A DNA stretch of 46,660 nt from the NCBI GenBank assembly GCA_031409275.1, contig JANNXA010000004.1:1-46660 (forward strand), written 5' to 3'. Below, one piece after another: positions 27,272-36,736 of this stretch. The first letter of the stretch is position 1; each line of letters starts with the position of its first letter. A model generated the notes under the pieces. The model worked only from the letters and a program-made list of their open reading frames with translations, searched no databases and was not told the DNA's origin. The position numbers were made by a program, and so were the translations under genes. Source of the stretch: Planctomycetota bacterium. Lineage in GTDB: Bacteria; Planctomycetota; B15-G4; SIAN01.

Positions 27272-28483
27272 ATGTCGTCCCTTACCTGGCTCGATTCCTC
27301 TGAGCACGATCGCCGCAGAGCGCTCGATGTCGTGAGCTTGTTCGCCGAGAAATCGACGGTCGACGAGATGGGGCTTGGCGGCGTGCGCGACGGGATCGCG
27401 GATGTCCTGTCGCCGGGGACGAGCACTGTTCAAACGCGGGCGAAGTACTTCCTCTTCGTCCCGTGGATCTACATGGACCTCGAAGCGCGTGGGGTGGCCG
27501 CGGTAGAGATGGCGGAACGGGGGCGGCGAGCCGAAATCAAGCTCAGCGACGCACTGGTGGAGTCGGTGGACACGGACGGCGTCATCGGGAAGGAAGCACG
27601 CGCTGGGCTCAAGCGGCTGCCGAGTGCGGTCTACTGGAGCGGCCTCGCTAGATGGGGTCTCCGCCTCGCTCAACTCTCGCAAGAGGCGTATCACCGATCA
27701 GTCGATCGGTTGCGAGCGGCGCGGAATGCCTCGACCGCGGACTACCGAGAAGCCGTCAACCTCTGCACGCCGCGCGCCTGGCATCCCGCGATCCCGAGCC
27801 CGCCGCGGGGCTTCCCAGCCGGCGCCACGCTTGCGCTTACGCGCGCCGAAGCCGAATACCTGCGCGAGCGGATCATGGCGCGCGCCCCAGCGACTCTCCT
27901 CGCGTTTCTCGTCGATCGGGGACGCCCCGCCGCGCCCGTGCAGTTCCCGTGGATACACCCTCAGGTGGCGGAGTTCCCGCAGAAGCTGCGCACCGAGCTC
28001 GTGCACGCCCGCAACTTCTCGGAAGCCATGCACGGATCCGCCCTCCTCTACAACCTCATGGTTGCGGAGGCGGTGAAGAACGGTGATTGGATCGCGGACT
28101 ACGTGAAGAGGCTCGACGTCTGGACCAGCGATATTGAGGGACGACTCGAGGCCATCCGGGCGTGGGACCGGATCTCGTTTTGGAATCTCGTCGCTTCGGG
28201 CGGGGCTCGCGGATCTCCCACAACTCGCGCCTTCGTGGAAACCTGGATCGATCTCGTCATCAAAGCGCCTGGCGCGGTCAAGGCGAGCCGCGCCGCGCGG
28301 CGGCTCGTCGAGGAGCGCGAGACTGCCCTCAAGGGCGCACTCGCACGCCTCCGCAACGCAAAAGCCCGCGACGCATGGGCCGGAGCATCCGGCGACTACC
28401 CAGCCGACTACCGTTGGAGAGTCACCCAGCGGGTCGTCGCGGATATCCACGCGGGCCTGATGGCGGGAGGGGACGATGCTTGA
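27272..28483 (+). CDS. DUF6361-like protein, first gene of a three-gene defence operon (Azaca ZacA-like)
   Basis: WLD.S...DEMGLGGVRDGIADVLSPGTSTVQTRAKYFLFVPW, GVIG, PSAVYWSGL..WG and YRW. GGGGAG RBS before the ATG at 27272. Confidence 0.75.
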   Translation: MSSLTWLDSSEHDRRRALDVVSLFAEKSTVDEMGLGGVRDGIADVLSPGTSTVQTRAKYFLFVPWIYMDLEARGVAAVEMAERGRRAEIKLSDALVESVDTDGVIGKEARAGLKRLPSAVYWSGLARWGLRLAQLSQEAYHRSVDRLRAARNASTADYREAVNLCTPRAWHPAIPSPPRGFPAGATLALTRAEAEYLRERIMARAPATLLAFLVDRGRPAAPVQFPWIHPQVAEFPQKLRTELVHARNFSEAMHGSALLYNLMVAEAVKNGDWIADYVKRLDVWTSDIEGRLEAIRAWDRISFWNLVASGGARGSPTTRAFVETWIDLVIKAPGAVKASRAARRLVEERETALKGALARLRNAKARDAWAGASGDYPADYRWRVTQRVVADIHAGLMAGGDDA

Positions 28484-30287
28484 CCCGCATGATCGTCGTC
28501 TGCTCCTCGATTCGATGCGGCCGCCCATCGGCTACGGCCTCGACCGCGCGATCGGCACGACGTTCACGCTCGACCTCCTCGCGCTTTTGACCACGCCGCT
28601 CGGGTTCACGCTCTTCGACTTCGAAGACGAGGAGGGTCGTCTTCGTCCGGATCCGATGGCGCTCCTCGAGGCACTTCGCCGGTACGCGGACCGTGTCGCG
28701 ATCTTCTGCCACGCGGGGCAGATCGCCGTCCCGCGCAAGGCGGAGCGACTTTTCGAATTCCTCGAGGGTTCGGTCTTCGAGGTGGCTCCCGAACGCGGAC
28801 TTTTCCACCCGAAAGTCTGGGTGCTCCGGTTCGTGTCGCCGGATCGGCCCGTCCGCTATCGGCTGCTCTGCACGAGCCGCAACCTGACCTTCGACCGGAG
28901 CTGGGACACAATCCTCGCGCTCGATGGCGAGGTCGTAGATCGAAAGCTCGCGTTCGCGGCGAACCACCCGCTCGCGGACTTCGTGAAGGCCCTTCCGGGC
29001 CTCGCCCGCGGTGTCTCCGACGCGGTTCGCCGGGACGTCGACATCGCGCAAGCAGAACTTCGACGGGTCGGGTGGGAGCTCCCCGAAGGCTTCGACGGCG
29101 TCCGTTTCTGGCCGCTCGGCATCGACGGTTACGACGCCTTCCCGTTCGAAGGGCGCGTCGACCGCCTCCTGGTGCTGTCCCCCTTCCTTTCGGACGGTGC
29201 CGTCACGAAGCTCGGAAGTCGCGGCGAAGGGAACGTGCTCGTCTCGAGGCTCGAGACGCTTCAAGCGCTCGATCCGGCGAGCCTCCGTGGATTCGCGCGC
29301 GTCTTCTACCTGAATCCGAGCGCCGAACCCGCCGAGTTGGATGACGACGAGGAGACGCGCTCGGCGATCCGCGGGCTCCACGCGAAGCTCTACGTCGCCG
29401 AGCGCGGTTGGGACGCACACGTCTGGACGGGCTCCGCGAACGCGACCGACGCAGCCTTCGGCGACAGCATCGAGTTCCTCGTGGAGATCGCAGGGAAAAA
29501 GAGCCGCGTCGGCATCGACACGCTCCTCGAACACGCAGACGGACGCACGACGCTCGGCGGCATGCTTCAGGCCTTCATCCCGTCCGAGCAGAGGAAGGAA
29601 GAGGAGGAGCCGGGCGCGGCGAAGATCGAGATGGCGCGGGCCGCGATGGCGCGCGCCAGGCTCGCGGCGCGCGTCGAGTCGATCGAAGGCGAAGCATGCA
29701 CGCTCGTCCTGCGGGTCGCCGATGGGCACGTGCCGAGCCTGCCCGAGGGCGTTCGCGTGTCCTGCTGGCCGATCACGCTCCGGGCCGGCGAACGCACCGT
29801 GGAACGCGGTGCGGACCCGCTCGCCGAGTTCGCGCTGGCCGTCGAGTCTCTCACGTCTTTCTTCGCGTTCGAGGTCGCCGCGCCGGGCGAGGCCGCCCGT
29901 CCGATCACATTCGTGCTCAACGTGCCCCTGGAGGGCGCGCCGGCGGATCGCCCGCAGCGGTTGCTCCGCTCGCTCCTCCGCGACCGTTCGCATGTCATCC
30001 GGTTCCTTCTATTCCTCCTCTCGGAGGATGCCCTGGCCACAAGCGATGGGTCCGTTGGCGGGCCGCGCGCAGAGGGGGCTTCGGGCTCCGCGTCGGCGTT
30101 CTTCGCCGGATCGACGCTCTTCGAGGCGCTCGTCCGCGCGCTAGACCGAAATCCTTCAAGGCTGGATCAAGTCGAGAGAATCGTCCGGGACCTCCGCTCG
30201 AGCCCCGAGCTCGAGGCCTCGCTGCCGGAGGGATTCCTCGGGATCTGGGAGCCAATCTGGGCGGCGCGGCAGAGGTTGAAGCGATGA
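28476..30287 (+). CDS. Phospholipase D superfamily (Tdp1/nuclease-like) protein (ZacB-like)
   Basis: Two HxK motifs: FHPKVW..SRNLT and LHAKLY..TGSANAT. GTTFTLDL at the N-terminus. Overlaps both neighbours. Confidence 0.85.
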   Translation: MLDPHDRRLLLDSMRPPIGYGLDRAIGTTFTLDLLALLTTPLGFTLFDFEDEEGRLRPDPMALLEALRRYADRVAIFCHAGQIAVPRKAERLFEFLEGSVFEVAPERGLFHPKVWVLRFVSPDRPVRYRLLCTSRNLTFDRSWDTILALDGEVVDRKLAFAANHPLADFVKALPGLARGVSDAVRRDVDIAQAELRRVGWELPEGFDGVRFWPLGIDGYDAFPFEGRVDRLLVLSPFLSDGAVTKLGSRGEGNVLVSRLETLQALDPASLRGFARVFYLNPSAEPAELDDDEETRSAIRGLHAKLYVAERGWDAHVWTGSANATDAAFGDSIEFLVEIAGKKSRVGIDTLLEHADGRTTLGGMLQAFIPSEQRKEEEEPGAAKIEMARAAMARARLAARVESIEGEACTLVLRVADGHVPSLPEGVRVSCWPITLRAGERTVERGADPLAEFALAVESLTSFFAFEVAAPGEAARPITFVLNVPLEGAPADRPQRLLRSLLRDRSHVIRFLLFLLSEDALATSDGSVGGPRAEGASGSASAFFAGSTLFEALVRALDRNPSRLDQVERIVRDLRSSPELEASLPEGFLGIWEPIWAARQRLKR

Positions 30288-33200
30288 CGGCGAGCGGGCA
30301 GAAGCCCGACTTCGCGCAGGTCGACGCCGGGCTCAAGGACTTCCAGCGCCGGACTGTCGAGTACGTCTTCGCGCGGCTCTACACGGACCCGGACCGAAGG
30401 CGCCGCTTTCTCATCGCCGACGAAGTCGGGCTCGGTAAGACACTTGTCGCGCGCGGGCTCATCGCCCGCGTCATCACGAAGCTCTGGGACGACGGCGTCG
30501 AGCGCATCGACATCGTCTACATCTGCTCGAACGCAGACATCGCGCGACAGAACATCGCGCGGCTTCGGGTCACGGCGGGGAACGACTTCGTGCTCCCGTC
30601 GCGCATCACGCTCCTGCCGCTGTTCATCCAAGACCTCAAGCGCAACCGGATCAACTTCGTCTCGTTCACGCCGGCGACGTCGTTCGACCTCAAGTCGAGC
30701 ATGGGGACGGTGGAGGAGCGCGTCCTCCTCTACTGGCTCCTCAAGGACGCGTGGAACCTCGAAGGCGCGGGACCGTTGAATGTGTTCCAGGGAAACGCCG
30801 GGGCGGAGCGGTTCCGGGAACGGGTGAAGTCGTGTCGCGACCAGTCCATCGACCCCTCCCTACGCACAGCCTTCGTCGAGGTCGTCGCGATCAGGCAGGA
30901 GCTGCGAGAGCGTTTCGAAGTGCTGCGCGAGCAGTTCGGCCGGCAGCGCATCCACATCCCGAGGGAGGAGACGGACGCGCGCGCGCGGCTCATGGGCGAG
31001 CTGCGGTCGACCCTGGCCCAAACGTGCTTGCGGGCTCTCGAGCCCGACCTCGTCATCCTCGACGAGTTCCAGCGCTTCAAACACCTCCTCGCTGGCGAGG
31101 ACGAGGCAGGGCAGTTAGCGCGGGGTCTCTTCGGATACTCGGAGGGGAACGAGGAAACGCGGGTCCTCCTCCTCTCGGCCACACCGTACAAGATGTACAC
31201 GACACCGGACGAGGCCGGTGATGAGGACCACTACGCCGACTTCCTGCTGACGCTCGAGTTCCTGCTGGACGATCGCGCGGCCCTGCGTGAGTTCCATGGA
31301 CTCGTCGGGGAGTACCGTCGGGCGCTCTACCGGATCGCCGACGAGGGCGCCGGACCGCTCGTGCAGACGAGACGCGAGCTCGAGGCACGACTTCGCCGGG
31401 TGATGGTCCGTACCGAGCGCCTCGCGGTCGCCGAGGATCGGAACGGGATGCTGACGGAGTTCTCGAACCGGCGTCCGGCACTCGAGGCCAGCGACCTGGA
31501 GGACTACGTCGCGCTGCAGCGGGTGGCGCGCGTGCTCGGTCATTCGGACACGATCGAGTACTGGAAGTCGGCACCCTACCTCCTGAACTTCATGGACCAG
31601 TATCAGCTCAAGGAGGATCTCGAGGTCGCGCAGGATGCAAGCGAGGAACTGCCTGCGCTCGTGGACGCACTTGCAAGCGGTGGCACCGCTCTCCTGCCGT
31701 TCCGAGACGTCGAAACGTACGCGAGGATCGATCCGGCGAACTCGAAGCTCCGCTTGCTTTTCGAGGACACGCTCGATCGCGGCGTCTGGCGGCTCCTGTG
31801 GATCCCGCCGTCGCTCCTCTATTACGAGCCGGCGGGACCGTTCTCGGACCCCACGCTTCGCGATGTCACGAAGAGGCTGATCTTTTCGTCCTGGCGCGTG
31901 GTTCCGAAAGTGATCGCGACGCTCTGCAGCTACGAGGCGGAGCGCCTGATGTTCCGGTCGCTCGAGGAGAAGACGGAGAACACGGCCGACGCTCGCGAGC
32001 GCAGAAAGCCGCTCCTGCGGTTCGCGCGGGACGAGGCGCGCCTGACGGGGCTGCCGATCCTCTCGATGCTCTATCCGTCGGTCGCGCTCGCCGCGGAATG
32101 CGATCCGCTCGCGCTCTGCCAAGGACTGCGTCCGCCGCTGAAGATCGTCCTCGCTAACGCCATCGCGCGCGTGGCGGCGCTACTCGCACGCTTGCCCGCA
32201 GAACCTAAGGGAACCGAAGACGAGAGCTGGTACTGGGCGGCACCTGTTCTCCTCGACCTGGCGCGCGACCGAGAGTCGACGCGTGCGTGGCTGTCACAAG
32301 AGAGGATTCATACGGTCTGGACGGGAGACGTCGAGCAGGACCCGGATGCCATCGATACGGCTTTCGCGGCGCACGTTGAGCAACTGCGCGCCGTCGCGGA
32401 CGGAAAGGTCACGCTGGGCGCGCGGCCGGCGGACCTCGCAGAGGTTCTCGCGCGCGCCGCGATCGCGGCGCCAGCGGTCTCTGCGCTACGTGCCTTGTCC
32501 CGGACGCAGTGCGGCCCCGGGCCGTTTCCTTCGCAAGCTGTGCGCAACGGGGCCGCGCGGATCGCGTGGTCGTTCGTGTCGCTCTTCAACCTCCCGGAGG
32601 TCACAGCGCTCCTGCGAGGGATGAACCGCGACGAGCCGTATTGGCGGCGGGTCCTCGACTACTGCGTCGATGGGTGCTTGCAGTCCGTGCTTGACGAGTA
32701 CGCGCACGTGCTGCAGGAAGCGCTCGGCCTGCTTGATCGCCAGGACGGCGCCGCCGCCACCATCGCGGAAGTGATCGCCGGGGCGGTCACGCTCCGAACG
32801 GCGTCTCTGTCCGTAAGCGACGTGACCGTGGACCCGGAGAAGAAAACGTTCGCGAACGAGCCGAAGCGTATGCGTGCCCGTTTCGCCGTCCGGTTCGGCG
32901 AGGAAGCTGTCGAGGGTGGCGGAGACGTGAGGACCCGCGCAGACCAGACCCGGGCGGCCTTCAACTCACCGTTCTGGCCATTCGTGCTCGCGTCCACATC
33001 GATCGGCCAAGAGGGGCTCGACTTCCACTTGTACTGCCACGCGATCGTCCACTGGAACTTGCCCTCGAACCCCGTGGACCTCGAACAGCGAGAAGGCCGC
33101 GTGCACCGCTACAAGGGCCATGCCGTGCGCAAAAACCTCGCGCTCCGGCACGGCGCGACCGTGCTCGCCTCACGGGCTCCGGACCCGTGGTCCGCCCTGT

Positions 33201-33508
33201 TCGACGCAGGGAGGAGCGACCATTCCGGAACCGACATCGTTCCCTTCTGGGTCTACCCCGTTCCGGGAGGCGCCCGCATCGAGCGCCACGTCCCCGCCAT
33301 CCCACTCAGCGCAGACCTCGATCGCCTCATCGCTCTGCGCCGTGCGCTCGTTCTCTACCGCATGGTCTTCGGCCAAGCCCGGCAGGAGGACCTGCTCAGC
33401 TACCTGCAGAGCCGCCTGCCAGCCGACCGCCTGGCCGAACTTCTGACGGAGCTGCGGATTGATCTGTCTCCCCCCGAGTCCCACAACGTGCGAGATGTCC
33501 CGCGATAG
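30284..33508 (+). CDS. SF2 (SNF2-like) helicase, 1074 aa (ZacC-like)
   Basis: Motifs ADEVGLGKT, DEFQ, LSATP, FNSPFWP, STSIGQEGLDFH and EQREGRVHR. ATGA overlap with the PLD gene at 30284. Confidence 0.9.
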   Translation: MTASGQKPDFAQVDAGLKDFQRRTVEYVFARLYTDPDRRRRFLIADEVGLGKTLVARGLIARVITKLWDDGVERIDIVYICSNADIARQNIARLRVTAGNDFVLPSRITLLPLFIQDLKRNRINFVSFTPATSFDLKSSMGTVEERVLLYWLLKDAWNLEGAGPLNVFQGNAGAERFRERVKSCRDQSIDPSLRTAFVEVVAIRQELRERFEVLREQFGRQRIHIPREETDARARLMGELRSTLAQTCLRALEPDLVILDEFQRFKHLLAGEDEAGQLARGLFGYSEGNEETRVLLLSATPYKMYTTPDEAGDEDHYADFLLTLEFLLDDRAALREFHGLVGEYRRALYRIADEGAGPLVQTRRELEARLRRVMVRTERLAVAEDRNGMLTEFSNRRPALEASDLEDYVALQRVARVLGHSDTIEYWKSAPYLLNFMDQYQLKEDLEVAQDASEELPALVDALASGGTALLPFRDVETYARIDPANSKLRLLFEDTLDRGVWRLLWIPPSLLYYEPAGPFSDPTLRDVTKRLIFSSWRVVPKVIATLCSYEAERLMFRSLEEKTENTADARERRKPLLRFARDEARLTGLPILSMLYPSVALAAECDPLALCQGLRPPLKIVLANAIARVAALLARLPAEPKGTEDESWYWAAPVLLDLARDRESTRAWLSQERIHTVWTGDVEQDPDAIDTAFAAHVEQLRAVADGKVTLGARPADLAEVLARAAIAAPAVSALRALSRTQCGPGPFPSQAVRNGAARIAWSFVSLFNLPEVTALLRGMNRDEPYWRRVLDYCVDGCLQSVLDEYAHVLQEALGLLDRQDGAAATIAEVIAGAVTLRTASLSVSDVTVDPEKKTFANEPKRMRARFAVRFGEEAVEGGGDVRTRADQTRAAFNSPFWPFVLASTSIGQEGLDFHLYCHAIVHWNLPSNPVDLEQREGRVHRYKGHAVRKNLALRHGATVLASRAPDPWSALFDAGRSDHSGTDIVPFWVYPVPGGARIERHVPAIPLSADLDRLIALRRALVLYRMVFGQARQEDLLSYLQSRLPADRLAELLTELRIDLSPPESHNVRDVPR

Positions 33509-33510
33509 CC

Positions 33511-33537
33511 CCGCCGAGGTTCAAATGAACCGCGCGG
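33511..33537. terminator. Possible hairpin between the convergent operons
   Basis: CCGC..GGTTCA-AA-TGAACC..GCGG immediately after the helicase stop. No strong U-tract. Confidence 0.35.
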
Positions 33538-33571
33538 AAACACCGTGACTGACATTGCGATTGCGCCTTAC

Positions 33572-36500
33572 TCACCCTCGAATCTCCACACACACACCGT
33601 GCAGCGGCAGGTGGATCCAGCGCATCGCCACCGCTCGCCCTGTCGCGCGCTCGAGCGCCTCGGCGTAGGCGGCGAGCTGCGCGCCATATGAAGCCGCGGT
33701 CACGAGCGCCTCATCGAGCGAGCCGCCGAGGCACTTGTGGTCCAGCAGCACGAGCCCCTCGCGCGTCTCGAGGACGAGGTCGGTGAACCCGTGCAACTCG
33801 CTGCCGTCAGCGAGTCGGTGTCGCAGCGGCCACTCGCGTCGCCAAGTGGCGCCGGGCCAGCGGCGGCCGATCCACTCGCGCAGCGCGGTCCCGGCGGCGG
33901 CGAGCGCTTCGGCCCGAAGCGCGCCTTCGACCGCGAACGCCTGGAGCAACCGCGCCGCCATCGCCACCCGCTCGACATCAGCAAGGTCCTCGCCATCGGC
34001 CGCGAAGAAGGCGTGGCAAGCGTTGCCAAGCGCGGCTGTGGCTTCGCAGGTCGGGACGGAGGCATCGACACCGATCCGTTCCGGAGTGCCGAGCGCGCCA
34101 CTCCCCAAGAAGCTCGACGGCGTGACGATCGCCGGCGGGAAGTCTCGCAGGCCGCGCGTGATGTAGCCCATACCCGACTCGCTCGGCGCCGGCGTTCCCG
34201 CGGCCATCACCGTCGCGCGGACGCGCGCTTCTATCCGGCGCCCCGCCCACGTCGCGACGCCGTCGTCGCCCGGCTCCGCGAGCGTCGACACGCCGGCAGC
34301 GTTCTCCAGGATCGCGAGCCCTCCGGTCAACAGTTCGCCGGGCTTGCTCGAGAACACGAGGAGGTCGCGCGCTCGCGTCCAGCCGACGTAGAGGAGTCGC
34401 AGCCGTTCGCTCGTCGAACGCTTCTCGACTCGCGCGTGCTCGGCGCCAGCGCTGACGGCCTGATGCAAGGCCGAGTTGCTCCCACTGCTCCGCGGCGCCC
34501 AGCCGCCGGACGAGAACGTCATGTACGGATCGGGCCAGTAGCGGAGCCAACGGCCGCCGAGCGGATCGTCGAGCGAGAACGCCGCCCGATCGCTCTCCAC
34601 ATGGAGGCCGAACGCGCTCGGATCGCGGCCCTCGTCGAGTCCGAAGAGCACGGTCACCGGCCACTCGAGCCCCTTGGCGCGATGCAACGTGCAGACCGTG
34701 ACCGCATCCTGGCCGGCCGGAGTGGCCTGCTCGTCGCGGTCGTCGCCCGACCCGGAGTCGGCGAGCGATTCGACGTGAGCAACCAGTCCCGCGACCGTGG
34801 GAGTCGCGCGCTCGGACGCACAGAGGTCGGCGTAGCGCACCGCGCGCGCGCGCAGCTGATCGAGGTTCGCGAGCCGCTGCGCTTCGGCGCCCCAGCGAAG
34901 GCAGAGCTCGCGCGCGCCGACCGCCTCGACGGCGGCGTCGAAGGCCGCGAGTAGTCCGGCGGACGGATTCGCCTCGCGCGCCGCCGCGATGCGCACGACC
35001 TCGGCGAGATCGACGAACGGACGGCCCTGCGCGTCGAGCAGCTGGCCGAGCCACGCGTCGGGATCGTGCGGCAGGCTGGCGAGCCGGCCGAGCTCCGCCG
35101 CCGCGAGCGTGTCGCGGCCATCGACCCAGAGGCGCAACGCCGAGATCACGACACGGGCCTCCGGCGTCGCGACGAGGCCCGACCGCCCGAGCACCGCGGG
35201 AACGCTCTGCGCTTCGAGCGCCGCCGCCACCGCGCGAGCGCCGGCATTCGTCGGGCAGAGGACGGCGAGGTCGGCGGGACGGGGGCTGCGCGCGACGCCG
35301 GTGACGAGGTCGCGAACCCTCACCTTCGCATCGCGCAGGAGTTCGCTCACGGCGGTCGCCAGCGCGCCGGCGAGTTCCGCCTTCCGGCGGCCCGCCAGCC
35401 GCCACACCTCCACCACCGGCCCGAGAGCATCGGGATCCTGCGTCCTTGGAGCTGGTCGCAGTCGCACGCGCGCCTCGGGGATCCCGTGCGCCGCGAACGC
35501 CGGCGCGAAGACGTCGGAGGTGAGGCGCACGAGCTCGGCGCGGCTGCGCCACGACTCCGCGAGCGTCTCGAGCGCCGCGGCACCGGGCTGCACCTCGATC
35601 GCCGCGACCGCGGCGTCCATCAGCGCCGGATCGGTGCCGCGGAATCCGAAGATCGCCTGCTTTTGGTCACCGACCCAGACGCTCCGCGGCGCGAGCTTGG
35701 CCAGCGCGAGGAAGAGTTCGAGCTGCAGCGGGCTCGTGTCCTGGAATTCGTCGACGAGGACGAGATCGACTTGCTCGGCGAGGATCTCGCGCACGTGCGT
35801 CCGTCCGAGCAGGTCGAGCGCGAGCCGCTCCTGGTCCTCGAAGTCGATCAGCCCCCACTCGAGCTTGTGGAGGCGGTACGTCTCGAGCGCCCGCGCGGCG
35901 AGCTCGAAGACGCCGGCGATCGCGGCGCGAAGGTCGGAGCGGAACTGCGGATGGCGATCGTGCGCGCTCGCGGCGGCGCGTACGCGGTCGAAGAGGTCGC
36001 GCGATTTCACGGCCGGCTCGGCTTCGGCGAGGCGCACCCACTCCAGCCACGCGATCGTGCCGTCGCGACGCAGCGACACGAGAGCGCGTTCGCAGAGGAC
36101 GCGCACGGCTTCCGTCTTCTTCGTCGCGTCGAGCGACCCGCTCCCCGCGAACTCCGCCAGCGCCTCGCTCAACGCGCACGCGATCGCGTCGCCATCGACC
36201 TCCGCCGCCGGCAGATACGCGAGCAGCGTCTCCACGCTCCGCGCCGCAGCGGCGCGCAGCGCGGCGGCGTCGAGCCGATTCGAACGCGCCTGCCGGACGA
36301 TCTCGCGCACGTGGTCGCGCCAGTCGAGGCCCGGCATCCGCTCCTCGAGGTCGAGGAGGTCGCTTGCGGAATCGATGACGCTCGCCAGGGCGCGCTCGAA
36401 CGCAGCGTGAGCCGCATCCTCCTCGAGTGTGCGCAGGTCGGCGGGAAGCCCGAGCTCGAATGCGAACTCGCTCACCAGCCCAGAGCAGACCGCGTGCACC

Positions 36501-36736
36501 GTGCCGATGCGCGCCGAAGCGAGCCGTTGCGCGAGGCCGACGTGCCCGTGCTCGAGCAGCCGCGCGCGCACGCGCTCGCGCAGCTCCGCCGCGGCCTTCT
36601 TCGTAAACGTCGTCGCGATCACCGCCTCCGGACGGACCGGGCAATCGGCGCGCGTGAGCGCGCGCTCGAGCTCGTCGACGAGGCGATGCGTCTTGCCGCT
36701 GCCGGCACTCGCCGAGATGACGTGAATCGCGTTCAT
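33572..36736 (-). CDS. UvrD-type helicase with C-terminal RecB-family nuclease (AddA-like), 1054 aa
   Basis: Motifs ASAGSGKT, TFTKKAA, DEFQD, VGDQKQAIFGFRG, TLHRAKGLEW and LYVGWTRA. Nuclease motifs GFTDL..LDHK..QLAAY. ATG at 36736. Confidence 0.9.
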   Translation of the reverse strand: MNAIHVISASAGSGKTHRLVDELERALTRADCPVRPEAVIATTFTKKAAAELRERVRARLLEHGHVGLAQRLASARIGTVHAVCSGLVSEFAFELGLPADLRTLEEDAAHAAFERALASVIDSASDLLDLEERMPGLDWRDHVREIVRQARSNRLDAAALRAAAARSVETLLAYLPAAEVDGDAIACALSEALAEFAGSGSLDATKKTEAVRVLCERALVSLRRDGTIAWLEWVRLAEAEPAVKSRDLFDRVRAAASAHDRHPQFRSDLRAAIAGVFELAARALETYRLHKLEWGLIDFEDQERLALDLLGRTHVREILAEQVDLVLVDEFQDTSPLQLELFLALAKLAPRSVWVGDQKQAIFGFRGTDPALMDAAVAAIEVQPGAAALETLAESWRSRAELVRLTSDVFAPAFAAHGIPEARVRLRPAPRTQDPDALGPVVEVWRLAGRRKAELAGALATAVSELLRDAKVRVRDLVTGVARSPRPADLAVLCPTNAGARAVAAALEAQSVPAVLGRSGLVATPEARVVISALRLWVDGRDTLAAAELGRLASLPHDPDAWLGQLLDAQGRPFVDLAEVVRIAAAREANPSAGLLAAFDAAVEAVGARELCLRWGAEAQRLANLDQLRARAVRYADLCASERATPTVAGLVAHVESLADSGSGDDRDEQATPAGQDAVTVCTLHRAKGLEWPVTVLFGLDEGRDPSAFGLHVESDRAAFSLDDPLGGRWLRYWPDPYMTFSSGGWAPRSSGSNSALHQAVSAGAEHARVEKRSTSERLRLLYVGWTRARDLLVFSSKPGELLTGGLAILENAAGVSTLAEPGDDGVATWAGRRIEARVRATVMAAGTPAPSESGMGYITRGLRDFPPAIVTPSSFLGSGALGTPERIGVDASVPTCEATAALGNACHAFFAADGEDLADVERVAMAARLLQAFAVEGALRAEALAAAGTALREWIGRRWPGATWRREWPLRHRLADGSELHGFTDLVLETREGLVLLDHKCLGGSLDEALVTAASYGAQLAAYAEALERATGRAVAMRWIHLPLHGVCVEIRG

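Noticed and set aside
29408..30283. N-terminal extension making the helicase 1366 aa
   Set aside because: It overlaps the PLD gene in another frame and is low-complexity. The ATGA coupling at 30284 is the credible start.
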